The notes under the pieces are model-generated. The model saw only the letters and a program-made list of their open reading frames with translations. It ran no database searches and had not been told where the DNA came from. DNA of 60,809 bases from an uncultured archaeon (GTDB taxonomy: Archaea > Iainarchaeota > Iainarchaeia > Iainarchaeales > 1-14-0-10-31-34): contig CAYTYC010000005.1 of assembly GCA_964442255.1 (NCBI GenBank), forward strand, positions 1-60,809, read 5' to 3'. Within the stretch, counting starts at the first letter, position 1. Each line of letters begins with the position of its first letter. Positions 27,815 through 35,608 of the stretch are shown here, piece after piece. Position numbers and translations under genes: made by a program.

Positions 27815-28504
27815 ATGGCTGAAAAGACTCTGGTGGACGCGGACAAGTACCTGAAAACAGGCTCCCACATAGGGACAAGATTCAAGTCAGGGGACATGAA
27901 CAAATACGTGTACAAGCAAAGAAAAGACGGGCTGAAGGTTTTGGACGTGCAGGTCCTGGATTCGCGGATTAAAACCGCGATAAAATTTCTTTCAAGGTTT
28001 GAGCCCGAAACAATTGCGGTTGTGTCAAGAAAGCTTTACGGGCAAAGCGCGGTGAAAGAATTCGCGAAAGCGATTGGCGCAAAAGAGTTCACCGGAAGGT
28101 TTGTGCCCGGCACTTTCACCAACCCCCAGGGAAAAGGGTTTTTTGAGCCCAACGTTGTTTTGGTGACAGAGCCGGAAGCCGACGAGCAGGCTATATTTGA
28201 GGCAAAAAGGCTCCGGGTTCCTGTTGTGGCCTTGTGCAGCACAAACAATTCCCTGAAAGACATTGATTTATGCGTTCCGATAAACAACAAGGGAAGAAAA
28301 TCCCTTGCATTGTTTTACTGGGTTGCCGCAAAAGAAATCTCCAAAGAACTCAAGCTGATCAAAAAAGACGAGGACTTCAAGAAAACCCTGGAGGACTTTG
28401 AGTACCAGCTCAAAGAGGAAAGGGATGAAAAAGAAGAAGGCTTCTCCAGGCAAAGGGTGAGAAGATTCCAAAAGAAAGGCAAAAGGCGAGGAAAAAGGCG
28501 CTGA
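27815..28504 (+). CDS. rps2: 30S ribosomal protein uS2
   Basis: YLKTGSHIGT, GRFVPGTFTNP, PINNKG. Confidence 0.97.
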   Translation: MAEKTLVDADKYLKTGSHIGTRFKSGDMNKYVYKQRKDGLKVLDVQVLDSRIKTAIKFLSRFEPETIAVVSRKLYGQSAVKEFAKAIGAKEFTGRFVPGTFTNPQGKGFFEPNVVLVTEPEADEQAIFEAKRLRVPVVALCSTNNSLKDIDLCVPINNKGRKSLALFYWVAAKEISKELKLIKKDEDFKKTLEDFEYQLKEERDEKEEGFSRQRVRRFQKKGKRRGKRR

Positions 28505-29298
28505 GGCTTCCGGCCGTTGCGAAAGGGTTTTACCCGGGAAACGCTGAAGAACTCGAAAAAACAATTAAACAATTTCTCAAAAAAAACCCGTCCAAAGAAA
28601 AAACCGACGCGGTTGTGGCGCCGCACGCCGGCTACACTTACTCCGGGGCAACTGCTGCTGTTTCATTCAATTCGCTCAAAAAGGCTGGCACTTACCTTCT
28701 CATTGGCCCTAACCACACCGCACTGGGAGATGCTGTGGCGGTTTTTCCTGACGGCGCTTGGAAAACCCCGCTTGGGGAAGTGAAAGTAAACGGCTCAATT
28801 TCAAAAAAGATTGCGGAACAGGTTCCGGGCGCAAGCCTTGACCGGGTGGCGCATTTGCAGGAGCATTCACTTGAAGTGCAGCTGCCTTTCCTGCAGGTTT
28901 TAAATAAAAAGGATTTTTCGGTTGTTCCAATTACTTTGGGAACCGAAGATTTGGATGCTTTGAAGGCGCTTGGGAAAGCGCTGTATGAAATTTCGCAGGA
29001 AGAGAAAATCGGTGTAATCGCTTCCTCGGATTTCACGCATTTTTTGACTTTAGAAGAGGCAAAAGAGAAGGACATGGAAGCAATTGAATTCATTAAAAAA
29101 CTGGATTTGGAAGGGTTTGAAAAGCTTGTGCGGGAAAAAAATCTAAGCATCTGCGGGCACACGGCAATCTCTTCCATAATGGAGTACTGCAAATTAAAGG
29201 GCTGTTCAAAGGGAAAGCTCCTGAAATACGACACTTCAGCCACGGCTTCCGGAGACAGCCTCAGGGTAGTGGGATACGCTGCAATTGCGTTCCTCTAA
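28501..29298 (+). CDS. amrB: MEMO1/AmmeMemoRadiSam protein B, probably starting at CTG
   Basis: In-frame N-terminal RLPAVAKGFYP motif, APHAGYTYSG, GPNH, EHSLEVQLPFLQ, SSDFTH, SICG, VVGY. Confidence 0.9.
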   Translation: MRLPAVAKGFYPGNAEELEKTIKQFLKKNPSKEKTDAVVAPHAGYTYSGATAAVSFNSLKKAGTYLLIGPNHTALGDAVAVFPDGAWKTPLGEVKVNGSISKKIAEQVPGASLDRVAHLQEHSLEVQLPFLQVLNKKDFSVVPITLGTEDLDALKALGKALYEISQEEKIGVIASSDFTHFLTLEEAKEKDMEAIEFIKKLDLEGFEKLVREKNLSICGHTAISSIMEYCKLKGCSKGKLLKYDTSATASGDSLRVVGYAAIAFL

Positions 29299-29474
29299 AG
29301 GCGAAAGGCATGAGAAGCAAACATTGGGTTAAACTACGCCGGGTTAAAATCCGCTGAATTTTTTTTCCCGATTCATCCGCCCATTGAAATGGGGAATTCC
29401 CGGAAGGGGTTTCTAAAAAAGCCTTTTTTTGGGTTTTTTTCAGGGAAAAAAGCGTTTCTTAATTTCTTCACTGA

Positions 29475-29498
29475 AAAGAGTAAATTTATATACTCTTT
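29475..29498 (+). promoter_or_regulatory. TATA box within a perfect 8-bp inverted repeat (candidate operator)
   Basis: AAAGAGTA-AATTTATA-TACTCTTT, 45 nt upstream of the TrmB-family start codon. Confidence 0.55.
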
Positions 29499-29543
29499 GG
29501 GCGATATTTATTATATAGTCTCACATTTTGCGGGGCAAAGCCC

Positions 29544-30302
29544 ATGGATGAAATAGCTGTAAGCAACCTGCTTGAAAGGCTTGGATTGACCGAATACGAG
29601 GCAAAAACCCTTTCCGCACTATTTAAGGCAAGGGAAGCAGAGGCGCCCGAGGTTTCACGGATTGCGCAGGTGCCGAAAACAAGGGTTTACGATGTATTGG
29701 ACAGGCTGGTTAAGAAAGGGCTGGTTATAGAGATTTATGGAAGGCCAAAAAAGTACAGGGTTGTGGAAGCGGACGCCGCGGTAGAACAACTCATAAGCAA
29801 AAAAAAGGAAGAAATTTCCGCACTGGAAGAAGAGGCAAAAAAGCTGAAAGAATTTGTTTCAGGAATCCGCTCCCCGGGGGGAGGTGCGGAAGAAAAGGTA
29901 ATGAAGGTAAAGGAAAAGCACGATTTTGAGAAAATTCTGGCGCAGGAACTGGACAAGGCAAAAAACAATATTACTGCTTTCGCTTTACTGGATGACGAGC
30001 ACCTTCACATGGGGAATGCATTGAAAAACGCCTCAAACAGGAAAGTGGACGTGAAAGTCATTTCAAGAATCCCGAAACAATTGAAGGCGCTGATGAAAGA
30101 GTACACCGAAAGCGGGGTTTCAATGAAAAATTTTGAGCACGAACTGAATGCGTTTGTGATTGACAACGAAAAGGTTGTGCTCGGGTTAAGCGATTTTTCA
30201 AAGCAAAAGCCGGAATACCATTTCACTATCTGGAACAAGAATCCCGCTTTAAGCAGGGCAATAAACCTCTACTTCAACGAAATCTGGCAGAAAGCGAAAT
30301 AA
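29544..30302 (+). CDS. TrmB-family transcriptional regulator
   Basis: LGLTEYEAK, VPKTRVYDVLDRLVKKG, RPKKY wHTH; C-terminal PLD-like effector domain. Confidence 0.93.
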   Translation: MDEIAVSNLLERLGLTEYEAKTLSALFKAREAEAPEVSRIAQVPKTRVYDVLDRLVKKGLVIEIYGRPKKYRVVEADAAVEQLISKKKEEISALEEEAKKLKEFVSGIRSPGGGAEEKVMKVKEKHDFEKILAQELDKAKNNITAFALLDDEHLHMGNALKNASNRKVDVKVISRIPKQLKALMKEYTESGVSMKNFEHELNAFVIDNEKVVLGLSDFSKQKPEYHFTIWNKNPALSRAINLYFNEIWQKAK

Positions 30303-30315
30303 GCTTCCCCTGTTT

Positions 30316-30681
30316 TTACCCAAAAGACTGATTAAACCCTCTTTCTAAGGCGTTTTCACAGCCCTGCTGGGCCTCAGTAAAGTAGACCGTGCAAAGCGTT
30401 TTTGTTTCAGCCTCATCCCTGCCTTCAAGGCAAAAGCCTAAATTCTTTACGGCTTCTTCAATGCAAGAATTATATGTTTTCAAAGCCTCTTGGGTGCCGG
30501 CTAAATGGGATCTCTCTTGGCTTTCATTGTACAGCACTTCCTCACGCAAATTATTAAGCCTGGTTTCCAGGTTCTCATATTCGTTACGGTTGGGGGAATT
30601 AATAATTAAAACAAGTGAAGCCACCGAGATTATTAGCGCCAGAACCGATAAAATCAAAGGCAGTTGAGTGTTTGAATTCAT
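30316..30681 (-). CDS. Hypothetical protein with an N-terminal membrane anchor and four Cys
   Basis: Likely ATG at 30681, about 26 nt downstream of TTTAAA; hydrophobic N-terminus; coiled coil. Confidence 0.6.
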   Translation of the reverse strand: MNSNTQLPLILSVLALIISVASLVLIINSPNRNEYENLETRLNNLREEVLYNESQERSHLAGTQEALKTYNSCIEEAVKNLGFCLEGRDEAETKTLCTVYFTEAQQGCENALERGFNQSFG

Positions 30682-30703
30682 AATAAATGAGTAGCTCTTC
30701 GTA

Positions 30704-30722
30704 GTATTTAAAGCTTTGCAGG
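30704..30722. promoter_or_regulatory. 19-bp TATA-containing promoter motif shared with the rps15 upstream region
   Basis: GTATTTAAAGCTTTGCAGG is identical to 56564-56582. Confidence 0.6.
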
Positions 30723-30779
30723 CTGCAAAAGGCAAACTTTTAACTAATTCTCTGGGCATAGTGTTTTAGGCTGAAGGGA

Positions 30780-32471
30780 ATGGACATCAAGAAAGAGGCA
30801 AGGAAATATGCCATAAAAAACGCTTTCCTGCACAACGGAAAGGCTGATGTTAAGGCCGTGGTGGGAAAGCTTATTGCATTGGACCACGAACTGTCAAAAA
30901 ATTTAAGCAGGCACATTAAGGAGATTACGGAGGAAGTGGACAAGGTAAACGCAATGGGCGCAGAGGAAATAAGGAAAGAATTCCTTCCAATCGAAAAAAC
31001 ATATGAGCTGAAGCCAAAGGAAAAAGTGGCCGGATTAAAACCCATTGAATGGGCGGAAAAGGGCGGAAAAGTTGTCACAAGGTATGCGCCCAACCCGAAT
31101 GGTTTGATGCATTTGGGGAATGCGCGCGCGGCGCTGATGAGCTGGGAGTACGCGGAAAAATACAAAGGAAAGTTTATTTTAAGGTTTGATGACACCGATC
31201 CCAAAGTGAAAAAGCCCATTGAAAACGCGGAGGAAATTTTCCGGGAAGATTTGGGGTGGCTGGGGATAAAAGTCGGGGAAGTGTACTTTGCTTCAGACCG
31301 GCTGGATATTTACCAGAAGCACATGGAAAAGCTGATAGAAAAGGGAAAGGCTTACGTTTGCATTTGCGATGTAGAGGAATGGCGGGAAAAAATAACAAAA
31401 GGAAACCCGTGTGAATGCAGGGAAAGGAATCCGGAAAAGCAAATGAAACTTTTTGAAGACATGAAGTCAGGGAAAATAAAGGAAGGGAAAGCTGTTTTAA
31501 GGCTGAAAACGGATTTGAAGTCAAAGGACCCCTCGCTTAGGGACTGGTGGATGGCAAAAGTTGTCAATTCACCGGAGCATCCGGGAGCCGGGAAAAATGT
31601 GCACTTGTGGCCTTCATACAATTTTGCTTCCGCAATAGACGACCATGAATTGGGCGTGACTTTAATTATCCGCGGGCAGGAGCACGCGCAAAACGCGGAA
31701 AAGCAGGGGTTTGTATACGGGTATTTGGGCTGGGATTACCCGGATTCAATCCACACGGGAAGAATAAAGCTGGAAAAAATGGTTTTAAGCACCTCAAAAA
31801 CAAGGGAAGGAATTGAAAGGGGAGAGTACAGCGGATGGGATGACCCAAGGCTCGGGACACTGAAGGCTTTAAGAAGGAGAGGGTTTCAGGCAAAAACATT
31901 GCGCGAGATTCTGGAGGAAATCGGGGTTAAAAGCTCTGACACAACCGTCACAATGAAAGCGCTCATTGCGGTGAACAAAAAATACGTGGATGAAAAGGCG
32001 GAAAGGTTTGCGTTCATGGAGGAGCCAATGAAATTGAAGGCGGAAAAGTGCAAAAAAATGCGGGTTGGAAAGCCTGTGCACCCGGATTTTCCGGAAAAAG
32101 GTGAAAGGGACTTTGAGTTAAAGGAAGGGGTGAATGAATTCTGGATTCCAAAAAGCGAAGTAACGGGAAAAAAACGCGGAGACAAGCTCAGGATGAGGCA
32201 CGCGTTCAATGTCAGGGTTGAAACAGTCGGAGATTTGGAGGCGGAAGCGGAATTCATTGGGGAAAGAAAAGCCGATTTTCCGGTGCTTTCATGGATTAAA
32301 AATGAAGTGCAGTGTGAAGTGCTGATGCCGGATAATTTGAAGAAACACGGAATAATTGACGCGGAAATTCAGGCAAAAAAAGAGGGGCAGATTGTTTTCC
32401 TGGAAAGATTCGGTTACGCGAGGATTGATTCATTGAAAGAGAAAATTGTTTTGGTTTACGCGCATGAGTGA
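30780..32471 (+). CDS. gltX: Glutamate-tRNA ligase (archaeal type)
   Basis: RYAPNPNGLMHLGN (HIGH), LRFDDTDP, IRGQEH, LSTSK, GWDDPRLGT, LERFGY. Confidence 0.97.
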   Translation: MDIKKEARKYAIKNAFLHNGKADVKAVVGKLIALDHELSKNLSRHIKEITEEVDKVNAMGAEEIRKEFLPIEKTYELKPKEKVAGLKPIEWAEKGGKVVTRYAPNPNGLMHLGNARAALMSWEYAEKYKGKFILRFDDTDPKVKKPIENAEEIFREDLGWLGIKVGEVYFASDRLDIYQKHMEKLIEKGKAYVCICDVEEWREKITKGNPCECRERNPEKQMKLFEDMKSGKIKEGKAVLRLKTDLKSKDPSLRDWWMAKVVNSPEHPGAGKNVHLWPSYNFASAIDDHELGVTLIIRGQEHAQNAEKQGFVYGYLGWDYPDSIHTGRIKLEKMVLSTSKTREGIERGEYSGWDDPRLGTLKALRRRGFQAKTLREILEEIGVKSSDTTVTMKALIAVNKKYVDEKAERFAFMEEPMKLKAEKCKKMRVGKPVHPDFPEKGERDFELKEGVNEFWIPKSEVTGKKRGDKLRMRHAFNVRVETVGDLEAEAEFIGERKADFPVLSWIKNEVQCEVLMPDNLKKHGIIDAEIQAKKEGQIVFLERFGYARIDSLKEKIVLVYAHE

Positions 32472-32833
32472 AGGAAATGTTTAAAGGATTTGGGGATGTG
32501 TTTGGGCTGATTGTAGTTGTGATCGTGTTTGTGCTTTTTGTTGGACTGGCTCTTTTTATTGTGCTGCATTATCTGAGGAGAAAACAGGAAAAGGCGCTTG
32601 AAAGGCTGGATGAATTCGGGTTAAAGGAGGAAAGGAGGCTGAAGGAAATGAAGAAAAAAAAGAAGGCTGGAAAAAAGCATTCCGAAGATGAAATGAAGGA
32701 AGCGGTTGCAATGATAACTGAAGCCCGCAGGGAAGGAGAAAGCGTGGAGGAAGCCACGAAAATGCTTCTGGAAGCGGGGTTCAGCGAAAAAGAAATAGGC
32801 GAAATCCTGGAAAAATCGGACAGGGAAATGTGA
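32468..32833 (+). CDS. Hypothetical single-TM membrane protein
   Basis: Start overlaps the gltX stop; hydrophobic N-terminus and charged C-terminal domain. Confidence 0.7.
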   Translation: MKEMFKGFGDVFGLIVVVIVFVLFVGLALFIVLHYLRRKQEKALERLDEFGLKEERRLKEMKKKKKAGKKHSEDEMKEAVAMITEARREGESVEEATKMLLEAGFSEKEIGEILEKSDREM

Positions 32834-32847
32834 AGGCCGAGGATTAA

Positions 32848-33408
32848 ATGAAAACGTATAATCTGGGCAAAAACGATCCCTGGCCCGCTGAACTGAAAAT
32901 AATTTTGATGCCCCGGAAGAAATTCAGGGAAAATCCTTCTTTGTGGACGCAAGTGAAAAAAATTGTGGACACGCACCACGAGAAAAAAAAAGGCAAAAAA
33001 GGGGGCGAGCCCATGGAAAGGCTTCCGGTTTACCGGAGAGCTTTTATGGGGGCGAAAGGAAAAAGGGGGCACTTACTTGTTGTTGAGAAAAATACCGGAA
33101 CGGTTTACGCGCATTTTGGCGGAATTCCGCTGGACAACATGGAAAAAAGAAAAGACTGCCGGGTAGGGCACCTTGTTGTAAGGGACGGCAACATTTTGCG
33201 GCATCATGTCCTGGAGGCGCTTGAAAGGCATCTGAAGAGGCTTGGGTTTAAGGCATACCGGGGAACCAACTACAGCGTGGCCGGCTGGAAAGTCATAAAG
33301 GAAAGAGACGGCTACAGGCACCTGGGCGCCACACCAAGGGGGCTAAAACACGGGAATAAAAAGCTGGGTTACTGGGTTCATCCGCTTGGGCAGAAAAGGC
33401 GGAAATAA
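32848..33408 (+). CDS. Hypothetical basic protein, possibly a degenerate GNAT fold
   Basis: GGAGG SD; VLEALERHLKRLGF...GWKV...GY resembles a GNAT C-terminal half (weak). Confidence 0.55.
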   Translation: MKTYNLGKNDPWPAELKIILMPRKKFRENPSLWTQVKKIVDTHHEKKKGKKGGEPMERLPVYRRAFMGAKGKRGHLLVVEKNTGTVYAHFGGIPLDNMEKRKDCRVGHLVVRDGNILRHHVLEALERHLKRLGFKAYRGTNYSVAGWKVIKERDGYRHLGATPRGLKHGNKKLGYWVHPLGQKRRK

Positions 33409-33481
33409 CCCTGAAATTAGCTTTAAAAGCAAAAAAGATTTAAGAAGTTTGAAAAACAATAACCTCATTGGAGGTAATGAT

Positions 33482-33697
33482 ATGCCAAGAAAACCAATAA
33501 AACCAACAGAGTATGTTGGGCCAAAAAGAATACGGATAAGGGCGGAAAGAGGTCACCGGTTACAAAACCCTTTTAGAGATTTTACCTTAAAGGTGGTTGT
33601 GGCAACAGGAAAGAGTTTGAATGTTCGTGACTGGCAAAATAGAAAAGAAGCGACGAAAACAGTGCAGCAAATTCTCGGGGGAGCCCCCCCAGGTTAG
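33482..33697 (+). CDS. Small basic hypothetical protein (71 aa) flanked by 15-bp direct repeats
   Basis: GGAGGT SD before ATG; more AT-rich codon usage than its neighbours. Confidence 0.55.
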   Translation: MPRKPIKPTEYVGPKRIRIRAERGHRLQNPFRDFTLKVVVATGKSLNVRDWQNRKEATKTVQQILGGAPPG

Positions 33698-33837
33698 AAA
33701 ACAATATTTGGACGAACTGGACTCAATTTACAAGGAACTGGAAAAACGGCGCTAAAACCAGTTAAACCATAAAATTAGCTTTAAAAAGCTTACATTCGGT
33801 AATATATTATACTTTATTGGATTTATTTGCTTTTTTT

Positions 33838-33856
33838 GCCGATGACGCAAGGAGGT
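33838..33856 (+). promoter_or_regulatory. Kink-turn overlapping the Shine-Dalgarno of rpl7ae (candidate autoregulatory site)
   Basis: GCC-GAU-GA-C-GCAA-G-GA-GGU: C-helix, 3-nt bulge, tandem G.A pairs, C-G pair closing a GNRA loop. Confidence 0.75.
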
Positions 33857-33864
33857 GCAATTTA

Positions 33865-34230
33865 ATGGCAGAATTCGTCAGATTTACTGTTGGAAAGGAA
33901 CTCAAGGACAGGCAGCTGGAGTTCCTGGAAAAAGCCAGAAAAGGCGGAAAAATAAGGATAGGAATAAACGAATGCACAAAGGCAGCGGAAAAAGGGAACG
34001 CAAAGCTTGTTCTCCTGGCTGAAGACATTGAGCCAAAGGAAATAGCGATGCATTTGCCGATTTTATGCGAAGAAAAACAGGTTCCCTACAGCTATGTTTC
34101 CACAAAAAAAGAGCTCGGGAAAAAAACGGGAATAGAGGTGCCGACAGCCTCGGTTGCGGTGACAGACGAAGGAAACGCAAAAAAAGAGCTCGCGGAAATA
34201 GTGAAAAAAGTCGGGGCACTGAAAAAATGA
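33865..34230 (+). CDS. rpl7ae: 50S ribosomal protein eL8/L7Ae
   Basis: GKIRIGINECTKA, LAEDIEP, HLPILCEEK. Confidence 0.97.
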   Translation: MAEFVRFTVGKELKDRQLEFLEKARKGGKIRIGINECTKAAEKGNAKLVLLAEDIEPKEIAMHLPILCEEKQVPYSYVSTKKELGKKTGIEVPTASVAVTDEGNAKKELAEIVKKVGALKK

Positions 34231-34252
34231 GGAAAAAAAAAAGGTGAAATGA

Positions 34253-34459
34253 ATGGAACGAGGAACGCCGGCTGAAGTCGTGGAAGTGCTGCAGCGCACC
34301 GGCGTGCACGGGGAAATCGTGCAGGTGCTCTGCAAAATTTTGGACGGCCCGGAAAAAGGCAGGGTGAAAAGGAGAAACGTGAAAGGCATAATCAAGAAAG
34401 GCGACGTGGTGATTCTGCTCAGCACGGAAAGGGAGGCAAAAGAAATAAGGGCCAAATAA
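34253..34459 (+). CDS. rps28e: 30S ribosomal protein eS28
   Basis: PAEVVEV, RTGVHGE, RNVKG, EREA. Confidence 0.96.
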   Translation: MERGTPAEVVEVLQRTGVHGEIVQVLCKILDGPEKGRVKRRNVKGIIKKGDVVILLSTEREAKEIRAK

Positions 34460-34513
34460 AAAAAGATTTAAAAAAAAAGGCTTTTGCGAAAAAATAAAAG
34501 GTGGAAAAAAAAA

Positions 34514-34699
34514 ATGAAATGCAGTTTTTGCGGAAACGAAATAAGGAAAGGCACGGGAAAAATTTTCGCGAAAAAAGACGGGACAGTGCACAGCTTCTGT
34601 TCCGGAAAATGCGAAAAAAACATGCTGAAGCTGAAAAGAAAGCCTCACGCAACTAAATGGACAAAAGCGTTTGAAAAAGAAAAAAAGGGGGGAGAATGA
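34514..34699 (+). CDS. rpl24e: 50S ribosomal protein eL24
   Basis: CSFCG...GTGK...DG...FCSGKCEK...KWT. Confidence 0.95.
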   Translation: MKCSFCGNEIRKGTGKIFAKKDGTVHSFCSGKCEKNMLKLKRKPHATKWTKAFEKEKKGGE

Positions 34700-35166
34700 A
34701 AATGGAAAAATCTCTTGTGATAATCAAGCCGGACGCCGTGAACAGGGATTTGGCGGGTGAAATAATTTCACGGTTCGAGAAAAGGGGCCTCAAGCTTGCG
34801 GCAATGAAAATGGAGCATTTGGGGGAAAAAACACTGCACAAACATTACGCGCACCACAGGGAAAAACCCTTCTTCAAGTCGCTTGTAAAGTTCATGAGCT
34901 CGATTCCCTCCATTCTGGTTGTGGTGGAAGGAATTGACGCGGTGGCGGTCACAAGAAAAATTGTGGGGCCGACAAACTCAAGGGACGCAGAGCCCGGAAC
35001 CATCCGCGGGGACTACAGCATGAGCCTCCAGCAGAACATGATTCACGCCTCGGACAGCATCGAAACCGCAAAAAAGGAAATTGAAAGGTTTTTCACGAAA
35101 GAAGAGCTGATGAAATACAAGAAAATAAGCCACGAAGCGGTTTACGGCGAAGAAGAAAGGGAATAA
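34696..35166 (+). CDS. ndk: Nucleoside diphosphate kinase
   Basis: IIKPDAV, HYAHH.EKPFF, PGTIRGD, NMIHASDS. Confidence 0.98.
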   Translation: MKMEKSLVIIKPDAVNRDLAGEIISRFEKRGLKLAAMKMEHLGEKTLHKHYAHHREKPFFKSLVKFMSSIPSILVVVEGIDAVAVTRKIVGPTNSRDAEPGTIRGDYSMSLQQNMIHASDSIETAKKEIERFFTKEELMKYKKISHEAVYGEEERE

Positions 35167-35169
35167 AAA

Positions 35170-35598
35170 ATGAAGGTCAAAGTGAAAAAGCTGAATCCGG
35201 ATGCGCGGGAGTTGGAGTACGCGCACAAGGGGGACAGCGGAGTGGACTTGTACGCGGCAGAGGAAATGGTGATAAAAAAAGGGGAAAGACGGCTCGTTCC
35301 CACGGGGCTGAGCATTGCAATGGAAGAAGGGTTTGAAGCGCAGGTCAGGCCGAAAAGCGGGCTGGCGCTCAGGGAAGGAATAACTGTTTTGAACACCCCG
35401 GGAACAATTGACTCCTGTTACCGGGGGGAAGTGGGGGTAATAGTGATTAATTTAAGCGAAAAAGATTTTGAAGTAAAAAAAGGAAAAAAAATCGCGCAAA
35501 TGGTTTTCTCCAAAGTTGAGAAAGCCGAAATAGAATACGCAGAGGAATTGGATGAAACCACACGGAATGACGGCGGCTTTGGTTCAACAGGGCGTTGA
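35170..35598 (+). CDS. dut: Trimeric dUTPase
   Basis: [37 protein letters not shown]. Confidence 0.97.
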   Translation: MKVKVKKLNPDARELEYAHKGDSGVDLYAAEEMVIKKGERRLVPTGLSIAMEEGFEAQVRPKSGLALREGITVLNTPGTIDSCYRGEVGVIVINLSEKDFEVKKGKKIAQMVFSKVEKAEIEYAEELDETTRNDGGFGSTGR

Positions 35599-35608
35599 GG
35601 GAAAAAAA

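Noticed and set aside
29310..29357. 15-aa ORF MRSKHWVKLRRVKIR as ribosomal protein eL41/eS32
   Set aside because: It is basic and contains Trp, but it is too short and too weakly similar to support the call without a profile search.
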